Source: a virus
Lineage: Duplodnaviria > Heunggongvirae > Uroviricota > Caudoviricetes
IMG/VR virus record: IMGVR_UViG_3300028833_000002
Length of the DNA stretch: 64,000 bases
Reading direction: 5' to 3' (one strand)
In this document: one piece after another, positions 26,201 to 35,686 of the stretch
Position numbering within the stretch: the stretch's first letter is position 1
Layout of the letters: the number at the start of each line of letters is the position of its first letter
Position numbers and translations under genes: made by a program
The notes under the pieces: model-generated
What the model was told of the DNA's origin: nothing
The model's input: only the letters and a program-made list of their open reading frames with translations
Databases searched by the model: none

Positions 26201-26578
26201 ATGACATACTCAGCAGGAGATTTAAAAGGATTAATTAATCTTATTGACAAAATAAAAACAAAAACTTTTGATATAAACACTCAATACAAGTTTCTTAAAA
26301 TATCAAAAGTAGCAAAAGAAGAATTCGAGCTTTTAGGGGAGTAGCAAAGTCTACTCCTCTAGGAGTATGGAGAAAAGGATGCTGATGGTAAATACGTCAT
26401 TAACGAAGATGGCGGCTTTAAAATCAGAACAGAATTGATTTAGGAATGTGCGGCGAAAGTAAATGAACTTAACACTCATCCTGTTCAATTTCCAGACATC
26501 TATTTTAGTTTAGATGAATTCGATAATCTTGGCTTCACTCTTGAAGACCTTGAATTACTCGACCCGTTTATAAAATAA
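26201..26578 (+). CDS. Small conserved tail-region protein, DUF1617-like (125 aa with TAG=Gln; 3 TAG)
   Basis: Missing from the ORF track because of the TAGs. AAGGAGG RBS; MTYSAGDLKGLINLIDKIK...EYGEKDADGK...EDLELLDPFIK*. Position and length match the small protein that typically follows siphoviral Tal. Confidence 0.7.
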
Positions 26579-26620
26579 AATAACCCCGTTCTCAATTAAG
26601 AGAACGGGGCTTTCTTTTTA
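26575..26620. terminator. Bidirectional Rho-independent terminator between convergent modules
   Basis: 10-bp stem CCCCGTTCTC/GAGAACGGGG with an A-tract on the left and a T-tract on the right. Confidence 0.9.
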
Positions 26621-27361
26621 ATAGAAAGTTACCATTTCAGTAGCTTTATTATCATGTGCGGCGAAACGCCCTATCAAAATAGCATCCGCTTCGTCTGTCG
26701 AAACATTAATATCATAAAGTGATTTAACTATCAACTAAGCACTTTGTTTTCTATCTGTTCTATATTTACCCTTAACACCACTATGTGCTCTCCATGTAGC
26801 AACCGGAACAATCTTATAAGTAAAACCATTCTCATAGCAATAGTTCATGAGAACACCCTGTAGGTGAGCAAGTTTCTTATAAACCAATAAGTTAGACTAA
26901 ACATCTGCGCCGGCATCTTTACCGGTATACGGCTAGAACTAAATATCTTCAAAGACAACTAAATCTGGCCGCCATGACTATATCATACTTGCAACCCAGC
27001 ATTTGGTCTTAGCAACCTTATCAACGCTGCTTTCACCTTTTGAGTCCCAAGCACCAAACTTTACTAACTTTTCATCATCATAAACTGACCAGCCGCTAAT
27101 ACCTGTAGCTTGGTCAAAAGCAAGAACTCTAAAGCCAGCACTCTTTGGAGCATGGTCTGTCATTTTGAAATATTTATTAGCCTTACAAGTTGGACATTCT
27201 TTGTGATGTCGCCAATGGCTCATTGTGAAATAGTTATCATGACCATTTGGACATTTGAAATCCATTTGGGTAGCCAAGTTAACATAAGTGTCGGAGACGA
27301 GAGTCCAGCCCTCATCTTCGACTTCTTTCTTTACTGCTTCATAACTTAATCTCTTGCCCAT
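26618..27361 (-). CDS. ruvC: Holliday junction resolvase (RuvC family) with N-terminal Zn-ribbon-like domain (247 aa with TAG=Gln; 5 TAG)
   Basis: VLAFDQATGISGWSV, VVFEDI(TAG)F(TAG), LAHLQGVL, WRAHSGVKG and DEADAILIG give the RuvC catalytic D/E/D/D pattern only when TAG is read through. N-terminus has FKCPNGH...ECPTC. Stop is TAA at 26618-26620. Confidence 0.88.
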
Positions 27362-27366
27362 TTACA

Positions 27367-28200
27367 TCACTGTCCTGTTGAACCGAAGCCGCCCTTTCCG
27401 CGCTGTGTTGCGCCAAGGTCATCAACTGTTTCTACTTCGTTCCAGTCAATCATAGGAACTTCGTTAAGCACCATTTGTGCGATTTTGTCGCCTTCGTGGA
27501 TTGTGTAAGGGTCTGCTGTTGGGTCAATGAAAATAATATCTCTGTCGCCATCTTCGTTTTCTTCGCCATAAACAATGCCATTAGTATTCTGCATAATAAC
27601 GCCAACATTGCCACGATATTCACAGTCAATAGTTCCCGGAGAATTAGGGATTCTCATAGGAGTCTTATATGACATACCGCTTCTTGGTCTAATCTGAATC
27701 TCATATCCCGGCGGAATAGCAACTGCTAAGTCAGTCTTTACAATCTTTGTTTCGCCCGGTTTAAACGTAACAGTTTCTGCGGCGTAAATATCACAACCAG
27801 CATCAGTAGGGTGCGCATATGTTGGAAGGATTGCTTTGTCGCTAAGTTTTGTAACCTTAACCCTAATCTTAGGTCTACCACATTCCTTTAACTTCTGATA
27901 TGCTTCTTTCTGACACTCAAACAGACAAACTAAAACATCTTTCTTTTCCGGCGAAAGGTCTGTATCAGCTTTAAGTTCGTTGATGAAATTATCGAGAACG
28001 TAAACTTCTTCCTCTACTGTGCCGGCATCGTACATATCCATAAGTAAAAGTAATTGGTCCTGATATTCCTTTGACTCACAACCCTGTTTAATCTTAACCT
28101 TTATAAAAGGGGCAAGAGGAGCAAATTCCTCATCTGGCTTTTCAAATAATTCAAGCATACCTTCATCAATCGTGCCTTTAAATTCTTCTCTTAAATCCAT
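27367..28200 (-). CDS. dut: Trimeric dUTPase fused to a ~110-aa acidic N-terminal domain (277 aa)
   Basis: Motifs AGCDI, RPRSG, GTIDCEYRG, KIAQMV and RGKGGFGSTG. Confidence 0.93.
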   Translation of the reverse strand: MDLREEFKGTIDEGMLELFEKPDEEFAPLAPFIKVKIKQGCESKEYQDQLLLLMDMYDAGTVEEEVYVLDNFINELKADTDLSPEKKDVLVCLFECQKEAYQKLKECGRPKIRVKVTKLSDKAILPTYAHPTDAGCDIYAAETVTFKPGETKIVKTDLAVAIPPGYEIQIRPRSGMSYKTPMRIPNSPGTIDCEYRGNVGVIMQNTNGIVYGEENEDGDRDIIFIDPTADPYTIHEGDKIAQMVLNEVPMIDWNEVETVDDLGATQRGKGGFGSTGQ

Positions 28201-28922
28201 TCAAAAATACCTCCATTAATATCATCTATTACTCCAAGTTTAGCTGCTTCATTTGCATCGAAAAACCAGTCGTCTTTAATGTGTTCCTCATATGCATCCT
28301 CAGAAATTCTTGAATTGTCAAGGATAATCTTTCTTGTCTTTCTGAGAAGTGTGTTCTTATAGAACTGAACAGCCTGATTAAGTTTGTGGGCATCGCCCAT
28401 AAATCCAGCCATACCTTCATGGAAAAGATATGTTGAATTTTCAGTGCCGAATCTTTTCTTGCCGCAAAGAGTAATAAGGAAAGCGGCACTATATGCTTCA
28501 CCAATTACATGAGTATAAACAGGAGTCTTTGAACCCTTAATAGCGTCGATGATAGCAAGTGCTTCCATCATATCGCCACCCTCGGAATTAATGAGAATAT
28601 GAATTGGTTTTCTATCCTCAACATTAACGCCCTTGTCCTGAATATTCCATGTGATAATCTTTTCAATGATTTCTCTTGATGTGCCATAGTTTCTTTCAGA
28701 TGCACCAACAATTTCTCCAGTAAGCCAAATGACTCTTTCTTTAAATGAAAGAATGTCAACTACCTCGTTTGAGCCGATACAATCATCTTCGGTGAGTAAA
28801 GCTGATTCATCGACTTCCTGTTCAATAGCATCGTATAGTGCTTCCATTTCTTCGAGAAAGTCTTCCTTTGATTTTAAAGAACCGTCTTCATTCAGAATAT
28901 CTACGTTCATATCTTCACTCAT
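28191..28922 (-). CDS. clpP: ClpP-like serine protease (243 aa)
   Basis: ERVIWLTGEI, ILINSEGGD, AYSAA (Ser), LFHEG (His) and DDWF (Asp). Confidence 0.9.
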   Translation of the reverse strand: MSEDMNVDILNEDGSLKSKEDFLEEMEALYDAIEQEVDESALLTEDDCIGSNEVVDILSFKERVIWLTGEIVGASERNYGTSREIIEKIITWNIQDKGVNVEDRKPIHILINSEGGDMMEALAIIDAIKGSKTPVYTHVIGEAYSAAFLITLCGKKRFGTENSTYLFHEGMAGFMGDAHKLNQAVQFYKNTLLRKTRKIILDNSRISEDAYEEHIKDDWFFDANEAAKLGVIDDINGGIFEWI

Positions 28923-29079
28923 TACTTTCTGCCTCCTTAATCTCTTTACGTAAGTCTTTTATTTCTTTAACGAGCTTTGGAATTCTCGGATTTAAAACAA
29001 AAGTGGATAAGTCAATACTATTCAAATCCTTTTCTAATTCACTTAACTCAAATTTTAATACTTCTAAAGTTTTTGACAT
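28915..29079 (-). CDS. Small coiled-coil hypothetical protein (54 aa)
   Basis: MSKTLEVLKFELSELEKDL...RKEIKEAESNE*. Lies directly downstream of promoter 29103-29131, has a GGTG RBS, and overlaps the clpP start. Confidence 0.65.
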   Translation of the reverse strand: MSKTLEVLKFELSELEKDLNSIDLSTFVLNPRIPKLVKEIKDLRKEIKEAESNE

Positions 29080-29102
29080 TTTCTTCACCACCTTATGTAT
29101 AT

Positions 29103-29131
29103 ATTATACCATAATTTTACTTAAAAGTAAA
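29103..29131 (-). promoter_or_regulatory. sigma-A promoter
   Basis: TTTACT-N17-TATAAT with TATG upstream of -10. Confidence 0.75.
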
Positions 29132-30022
29132 TAGTTCTTCTTTTAATTCAGAATAAGATATTGTAGTAGGATTCTGATATAACAAACGATAGTATTTAAA
29201 GTTCAGCCATTCAGATTGCTTCCATTTATCGCCGCAAAACTTAACAAAACTTTCAGTGGTAACAGAATTGCACCATTTTGTTAATAGAGATTGTGGGTTT
29301 TTAAACGAATGATAAGGAACTTGATTACCAGTGTTTTTAAGTAGTAAATATTGTGCAAAAATTTCTTCCTCTGTAAGTTCTGTATCTGTAAAAAGACCTT
29401 GTTTAATACTGCCGCAAAAATCTAACTCATGCTTTTCAAAAACCTTAGGAAGGCGAACACGAGTGAAGCGGCCATAATTGCTATGTTCTGCCAAGAACTT
29501 TAGGTCTTCTTTTCGCGGCGAAAGGGGTTGAACAAAATCAAAAGTCTTATCAAAGTAAACAAAAGCATCGTGCCAGTCTTCTTCTAAGAAAAAGTCATAG
29601 TCGTTTATAAAATAGTGGTCGCCCTGTTTACAAGTAAAATCTTTATCTCTCCAACTCAATAAACTATTCCGTTTTATTTGCGTATACATTCCTTTATCTC
29701 TAATATATTTCTCATTAATATCATATGGCGTGAAATTTGGCGGCAAGTTTATAACATCGGGATTTTTCAACCCACTTTCGCCGCAAAAACCATAACCTAA
29801 AAATGTTCCGGTATCAGAATTAATTACCAAGGATTTTGGTATCTGTAATTTAGGATTTTCTTTGAAATAAAAGATTTGAGAATAGAGAGACCCTTTGTCA
29901 TTCTTTTTCATAATGGCCGGATAACAGCCTTGTCTAATTAAATAGTTATAAACCTTTAGGAAGGGAAGGCTTATTGAAAAGCTCCTCCCATGAAAAAGGT
30001 CAATGTCATATAATCCAATCAA
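29117..30022 (-). CDS. Hypothetical protein, possibly a degenerate radical-SAM-associated family member (301 aa)
   Basis: MIGLYDIDL...LPFLKVYNYL...GYGF...PPNFTPYD resembles the N-terminus of a phage radical-SAM family (GLIDVD..FPNLALMK..GGTG..PDYSLY). No CxxxCxxC motif. Confidence 0.45.
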   Translation of the reverse strand: MIGLYDIDLFHGRSFSISLPFLKVYNYLIRQGCYPAIMKKNDKGSLYSQIFYFKENPKLQIPKSLVINSDTGTFLGYGFCGESGLKNPDVINLPPNFTPYDINEKYIRDKGMYTQIKRNSLLSWRDKDFTCKQGDHYFINDYDFFLEEDWHDAFVYFDKTFDFVQPLSPRKEDLKFLAEHSNYGRFTRVRLPKVFEKHELDFCGSIKQGLFTDTELTEEEIFAQYLLLKNTGNQVPYHSFKNPQSLLTKWCNSVTTESFVKFCGDKWKQSEWLNFKYYRLLYQNPTTISYSELKEELFTFK

Positions 30023-30037
30023 TAATTATCCCTCCTA

Positions 30038-33000
30038 TTAGTCAAGACAAACCCTTTCCGTAGTATACTTAGTTATAAATCCCTTATCATCCATTTCCTC
30101 TATCTTTGTGAAAAGCGGAAAAGTTGTGGATTTATATTTCTTTGGAATGAATGTATCGTCGCGCTTCATGCCTGTAATAATTAACTTAGTACCCCTCTGG
30201 AACCATGACTTTTCGACTACAGTTTTCTTACCATCTGCACCAACATGGCTAATCTGCTTATCCATTTCTGCAAACTGGTTCTTCCAAACCTTAACTGTAA
30301 CTACTCCATCCGGTGTAAGTAAGATAACCTGTCCCTTGTCTTTGTTCTTGTCTACTACAGTGCCAGCAATTCTGCTTATCTTATAAATAGCAATTTCTGT
30401 TCCATCATCTGTTGTGATAGTTCTTGATATATCTGAATCTTTGATTGTATTATAATTTGTAACTGAATAAACATCATTTCTAAGACTTTTAAGCTCATGG
30501 TCGTGATAATAGAAACCAAGACTATCCATTTCCCACTTACTAACGCTACCAGCAGCATACTTATTATATGTTTCCATATATAAGGTGTTATTAAGTGTAT
30601 TGAGAATATCATCGTGATTTTCTTTCATCCATGTTCTTACTAAATCCATATTTACATCATAGATTTTCTTCCAGTCCTTTTCTTTGATTTTTGCTGTTGA
30701 AGCGTCACCATTGATTTCGTAGTCATAAAGTTTAGCCTCATCAAAGTTTTCAAGATAGAAGTCTAGGCAAACCTTGTTGAGAGTAATTTCTCCGTCCTTT
30801 TTGAAGTTCTTGTTGATGTACTTATTAAAGTTGAATACTCTCTTTTCAAAGGCAAGGTCTTCAGGAATAAGGTTCTTTTCGCAAAGCATATTCATATTCT
30901 GAAGGGTGATTCTTTTCTTCTGGTCTGAGATTGATTTGATGAACTCTTCCATTATATCTTCGCGGCGACCGAAACAGTCAAAAGCACCGGACTTAATAAG
31001 ATTTGTCATCTGTAAAACATTTGTCTTAACCTTGCTTCTAAAATCATCAAAACTTGCATATGGACGATTCTTAATGATTTCTTCAATAAGTGCATTACTG
31101 ATTCTTGTGATGCCACGGAAACCACAATAGATTGTGTTTTCTTCAACGTTTGGAGAGAATGTAAACTTTGATTCGTTTATATTAGGTAAAGAGAACTTAA
31201 CGTTTCTTGCCATCATTTTACCAATTGCTGTGGCTATCTTACCATAGTCAGCTGATGTATTCTTTGTTTCGGATTCTTCCTCATCGCCATCTTCACTGTC
31301 ATTAAACTGGTCTTCAAGGTTCATTGAACCAGAGTCAACGATAAGGTTAGCACAATCCCAGAAGATGCTTGGGAACTTTGAATACAAATTCATTTCCTGT
31401 AAAGCTATTATTGAGTACCCGAGCGTATGACTTAGATTAAAACCGTACCCTCTTGAAGCACCTACACAAACTTGCCATACATATTTACAGAAGTTTCTAT
31501 CAAGATTCTGTTCTTCCATTCTCTGATAGAACTCTTTTTCAAGTTCTAAGAAAGCGGCTGGATTCTTCTTAGCAACTGACTTCCTAAGTTTATCGGCCCA
31601 CGCAAGGCCAAAACCACCACATTCCGGTAACTGAACCAAGCTCATAAAACGTTCCTGTGATTCACACATACCGCTTGACTCTAACAGATAAGGTTCGAGA
31701 AGTTTTTGCTTGTCCTTTGATACTCCCCACTTATCCATTTCTTTATACCATTCATTGATGTTTCTCTTAAATCTCGCAAACTTATCAACTGGCTGCTCTG
31801 CGCCCTTTTCAGGAGCCATCAGTCTAATAACTGAGTTAAGAGTTGCCAATTCTTCAAGAGTTGTTGGCTTAACCGCCGCGATACCCTTAATACCTGACTG
31901 CTGTTCCATTTGGAATAAAGATTCAATCTTGTGTTCGTGAATGAGTTTCCACATCTCTGGGTCATCTCTTTCAATCTTATAAACACCAATTGTATCTTCA
32001 TAACGCTGTCTAAGTGGAAGCATTGGATTGATGTAACCATACTCACCAAGTAAATCAAGACAAGCTCTCATACGGTCAAGTGCTTCAATTGAGAGGAGGT
32101 CAATCTTAATGAGACTCACTTCTTCAAGGGTGTGAAGGTCATATTGTGTAATAACGTCACCATTGGAGGTTCTCATAAGTGCTGTTGAGTTTACAATCGG
32201 TTCATCGTAAAAAATTACACCGCCAGCATGAGAACCAACGCCACAACAAAGTCCGGCTATATATTTAGCAACCTTCCAAACTTCTGCATATTTGCCATCC
32301 ATGAGTTCTTGGAATTTCTTATCTGGCAGAATATCGTTTTCTTCGTCACCATAATATGTCTGTTCAAGTGTTCTCTGCTGACCACGGTCTGCCTTAATGA
32401 ATGATGCTAAGTAGCTTGCTTCTTCAGGAGATACACCCAAACCACGGCAGGCAGTAAGTATTGCTGACTTAGCTTTTTCAGTTCTGATTGTAAGAACCTT
32501 TGAAACTCTGTCTTCTCCGTATGTGTCCTGGAAAGCCTTGTAAACCTGTGGTCGCTTTCCTCCTTCAATATCTGTATCAATATCCAACACAGATGCTCTT
32601 TCGGAATGTAAGAATCTCCAGTATCTAAGTGGAGCTTTTTCTCTAAGAGGATTAACCTGAATAATATCAAGCATATAGAGAAGTAAGAATCCACCACCTG
32701 AACCTCTTGAACAACCAACCAGTGAGTTACCCTTTTCCCAAATTACTCTGATGTAATCTCTCATGTTTAAGAGGTAAGCTGACCACTGTGTATTCTGCTT
32801 TTCACTTGAAACTCTGATAGCTTCAAGGTTTTTGTCCATTTCAGCAAAACATTTTTCGTTATCAAATTCTTCTCTGTTGGACTGAATCTTCTTTACAAGT
32901 GCGGCAGCCATATCTCTATCAGGCTGATGTGGAGAATGATAGAAGTAAGATAACTCCTTAATCTTGCCGGCAAATTCTTCATAATCTGCATCTGTTATCT

Positions 33001-33958
33001 TGTCAATTGTAAGAGGAAGATATGGAATATGAAGTGGTCTTGTTAAGTCATAATCCTCGCACATATCATAGATAAGTTTTGTGTTATTCATCCATTCACT
33101 TACCGTATCCGCGCCGATTGATTCATCCATGTATTCGTGAATTTCTTCTCTTGACATCATGTAAGTTGAAGCATAGAATGACTTAACTTCTCTTTCACCT
33201 TCCTGTGCGTTTAAGAACGCTTCGTGAATTGGAGCATCTTCCTTTTTAAGATAGTGAGCATCAAGTGAGATAACTACTGGAAAGTTTACCTCTGCGGCAA
33301 GCATTTTGTAAACCTTATTTACGGCAATTTGCTCTTTGTTGAAAGATGGCTGAACTTCCAAGAAGAAGTTCTCTTTGCCGCAAATATTAGATATAATTGC
33401 TATCCACTGCTTCATTTTATTATATATATCTTTGTTCTGAGTCTGAGAAAAGATTAATGCTTCCTGAGCAAGCGCGGAGCCAAGACAAGCTGTACTAAAA
33501 ATTACATGACCTGGATTTTTACCAATAACCTCTTTTAAGTCTGAGTAGAAAGTTGGCACTCTTAACATTTTACCAGTTGAGAAACTATTCTTAACCCAAG
33601 CTCTTGATGATAATTCTCTAAGCTGCTTATGTCCTTCAGCGTCCTTTGCAAGTAAGATAAAGTGTGGGAACTTATCTACGCCACGTTCATATGTGTCTTT
33701 GTTTAAGTCATCGCGGCAAAGATAAATCTCATTACCACGAATTACTTTAAAGTCCGGATATTTTTCTCTTATTTTCTTTTCTATTTTCTGTGCATTAATA
33801 GACTGAGAAATTGATTCATGGTCTGTTATCGCCACAAAGTTGTGTTTTAAATCTTCTGCGGCATACCAACAAAGAGATTCAATTGTGTTTGTACTATCTC
33901 TTAACCTTTGGTTTGACCCAATGTCTGTGTGATTGTGAATTGAACCATAAAATTCCAT
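30038..33958 (-). CDS. dnaE: DNA polymerase III alpha subunit (DnaE-like, family C; 1306 aa, no TAG)
   Basis: PHP domain (HNHTD, AITDHE, GNEIY, DAHY), GCSRGSGGG, LDIDTD, GSHAGGV, KIDLLSI, GYGFNLSH and a C-terminal OB fold. Confidence 0.97.
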   Translation of the reverse strand: MEFYGSIHNHTDIGSNQRLRDSTNTIESLCWYAAEDLKHNFVAITDHESISQSINAQKIEKKIREKYPDFKVIRGNEIYLCRDDLNKDTYERGVDKFPHFILLAKDAEGHKQLRELSSRAWVKNSFSTGKMLRVPTFYSDLKEVIGKNPGHVIFSTACLGSALAQEALIFSQTQNKDIYNKMKQWIAIISNICGKENFFLEVQPSFNKEQIAVNKVYKMLAAEVNFPVVISLDAHYLKKEDAPIHEAFLNAQEGEREVKSFYASTYMMSREEIHEYMDESIGADTVSEWMNNTKLIYDMCEDYDLTRPLHIPYLPLTIDKITDADYEEFAGKIKELSYFYHSPHQPDRDMAAALVKKIQSNREEFDNEKCFAEMDKNLEAIRVSSEKQNTQWSAYLLNMRDYIRVIWEKGNSLVGCSRGSGGGFLLLYMLDIIQVNPLREKAPLRYWRFLHSERASVLDIDTDIEGGKRPQVYKAFQDTYGEDRVSKVLTIRTEKAKSAILTACRGLGVSPEEASYLASFIKADRGQQRTLEQTYYGDEENDILPDKKFQELMDGKYAEVWKVAKYIAGLCCGVGSHAGGVIFYDEPIVNSTALMRTSNGDVITQYDLHTLEEVSLIKIDLLSIEALDRMRACLDLLGEYGYINPMLPLRQRYEDTIGVYKIERDDPEMWKLIHEHKIESLFQMEQQSGIKGIAAVKPTTLEELATLNSVIRLMAPEKGAEQPVDKFARFKRNINEWYKEMDKWGVSKDKQKLLEPYLLESSGMCESQERFMSLVQLPECGGFGLAWADKLRKSVAKKNPAAFLELEKEFYQRMEEQNLDRNFCKYVWQVCVGASRGYGFNLSHTLGYSIIALQEMNLYSKFPSIFWDCANLIVDSGSMNLEDQFNDSEDGDEEESETKNTSADYGKIATAIGKMMARNVKFSLPNINESKFTFSPNVEENTIYCGFRGITRISNALIEEIIKNRPYASFDDFRSKVKTNVLQMTNLIKSGAFDCFGRREDIMEEFIKSISDQKKRITLQNMNMLCEKNLIPEDLAFEKRVFNFNKYINKNFKKDGEITLNKVCLDFYLENFDEAKLYDYEINGDASTAKIKEKDWKKIYDVNMDLVRTWMKENHDDILNTLNNTLYMETYNKYAAGSVSKWEMDSLGFYYHDHELKSLRNDVYSVTNYNTIKDSDISRTITTDDGTEIAIYKISRIAGTVVDKNKDKGQVILLTPDGVVTVKVWKNQFAEMDKQISHVGADGKKTVVEKSWFQRGTKLIITGMKRDDTFIPKKYKSTTFPLFTKIEEMDDKGFITKYTTERVCLD

Positions 33959-33987
33959 TCAATTTCCTCCCTTCTTATTATAATATA

Positions 33988-34016
33988 ATTATATCATAAA
34001 ATACAAAAAAGGTCAA
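33988..34016 (-). promoter_or_regulatory. sigma-A promoter of dnaE
   Basis: TTGACC-N17-TATAAT with TATG extended -10. Confidence 0.8.
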
Positions 34017-34042
34017 GACATTTAATCCTGACCTTAATCTGC

Positions 34043-34162
34043 TTAACCCTTCTTTTTCTCTTTATTCTGCTTCTGAATTTCTTTATTACGGCGGGCTATA
34101 TCTTCCTTCATTTTGTCAATACGCTTAACGTAATTTTCTTTTTCATCTGTATGAATTTTCAT
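34043..34162 (-). CDS. Small basic hypothetical peptide (39 aa)
   Basis: ATG overlaps the upstream TAA (TAATG coupling) with a GAGGTGAG RBS; MKIHTDEKENYVKRIDKMKEDIARRNKEIQKQNKEKKKG*. Confidence 0.5.
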   Translation of the reverse strand: MKIHTDEKENYVKRIDKMKEDIARRNKEIQKQNKEKKKG

Positions 34163-34701
34163 TATATCTCACCTCGTCTTGTTCCATATATAATATCCAT
34201 AAGGGACATTTCTTCGTATTCCTCATACTCCAAAATATTATTTGCTAAGAGGATTATCTGACTTTTATTTTCATCATTGTCGCGCGGATTACAGAAATCA
34301 TCCCATACGTTACTGTCTTCCCATTCGTCAGTGTCTTCTATTATATGTTCAATTATCTGAGCTCTATGTTCATCTAAACTCATGAACTTTGCAAAAAGCT
34401 GATAAATCTTAAAACGAACTTTTTCTTCTATACTTTCGCGGCGCGAACAATCTAAGTCTTTTACCAATATCCATTCTATATCAACATAGTCAGGGTCAAT
34501 TGCTAAGAGCTTTTTAGCAAAAAGTTCATAAATTTCATCCTGTCTTCTCATAAAATAAATGAAATCTTCATAATACTTTATATAAGAATCCTCAGTTTGG
34601 TCAAAGAAATCTTCACCCCATCTATCCATAGCGGCCCATATCATGGCATAACACCAAACAGGTGATTCATATGCCTTAGATGGATTTATATATTCCTTCA
34701 T
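34162..34701 (-). CDS. Acidic hypothetical protein (179 aa)
   Basis: Start moved to ATG 34701 (GGAGG RBS, just after the upstream stop). The track start at 34812 overlaps the previous gene. Confidence 0.75.
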   Translation of the reverse strand: MKEYINPSKAYESPVWCYAMIWAAMDRWGEDFFDQTEDSYIKYYEDFIYFMRRQDEIYELFAKKLLAIDPDYVDIEWILVKDLDCSRRESIEEKVRFKIYQLFAKFMSLDEHRAQIIEHIIEDTDEWEDSNVWDDFCNPRDNDENKSQIILLANNILEYEEYEEMSLMDIIYGTRRGEI

Positions 34702-34702
34702 A

Positions 34703-35668
34703 TTAAGCCTCCGGCCTATCAACTGGGAAAAAGTTTTTCTTATCTTTATCGTAGAAATAAATAGTTGATGATAAATAATCTTCCTCTCCAAATGCACGAT
34801 TTGTGCCATCAAGGGCTCTATACATACCTTCTACTGATTCTCCGTTCTTATGAATCATGGCTTCATGAATGGATGTAAAGACTACATAAAAACTATCACC
34901 AAAAAGTTCAGCTAACTTATCTGCTACTCCCGGAATAAAAGCGGCAACTGCTCCATTAGTCTTCTGCGATGTAGTAAGAAGTGCCGCTCCAGCATATGAA
35001 GATATGCTTTCAGGTGTTGTTAAGAATACACTCTCAAGTTTGTCAGCTACGACTGACGCTAAGCTACCAATTACAGGATGTTGGTCGCGTATAACATTCT
35101 GAGTAGCAATGGTGAATAAGTCAGCTTCTCGTCTTATATGCCACTTTTCAAGAAAACTTTTCTTTACCTTGGTTGTATTGAGTACGCCATCTTCATGAGA
35201 AATCGTAATATAAAGAACAACGGCAATGTCATAAAAACGATTATAAACTACATCTTCTAACTTCTCCTTATTCTTCTCATAAGGAAGTAAACGTATTGTC
35301 AGTTTATCCTTTATGTAGTCAAAATCCTCAACTTTATCAAGCACGCTATTAACATTGTCGTAGACCTTTGAAAACACATCTACCCTGTCCTTAATCGTTT
35401 CTTTAATTTCATCTACTGTTGGGTTCTTTTCATAGATACTATCAAGATTAAGGGTTATATAGCTTTTCTCGTGCATTTCAACAACAAGAGATTCAACAAG
35501 AAGTTCACTTGAATTTTCCTTATTTGCATATTTACGGTTAAGTTCTCCTATCATATGCATTTCATCCTCTGTTGGAATATGACCCTTTTTGTAATGGGTG
35601 ATTGCGGCGGAAGGAGCATAGTCCTTCACCGCATCAACAACAGCTTCTAAAAATTCTAAGTATGTCAT
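34703..35668 (-). CDS. DUF5688-like protein (321 aa)
   Basis: RLLPYEKNKEKL...DIAVVLYI...W...LF..A..N...LTTSQKTNGAVA...YVVFTSIHEAMI matches my recollection of the DUF5688 pattern. Confidence 0.65.
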   Translation of the reverse strand: MTYLEFLEAVVDAVKDYAPSAAITHYKKGHIPTEDEMHMIGELNRKYANKENSSELLVESLVVEMHEKSYITLNLDSIYEKNPTVDEIKETIKDRVDVFSKVYDNVNSVLDKVEDFDYIKDKLTIRLLPYEKNKEKLEDVVYNRFYDIAVVLYITISHEDGVLNTTKVKKSFLEKWHIRREADLFTIATQNVIRDQHPVIGSLASVVADKLESVFLTTPESISSYAGAALLTTSQKTNGAVAAFIPGVADKLAELFGDSFYVVFTSIHEAMIHKNGESVEGMYRALDGTNRAFGEEDYLSSTIYFYDKDKKNFFPVDRPEA

Positions 35669-35686
35669 AAATTTCCCTTTCCGGTA

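Noticed and set aside
2241-26578. TAG as pyrrolysine
   Set aside because: The TAGs are far too numerous, fall at Gln-like positions in conserved motifs, and no pyl genes are present in the window.
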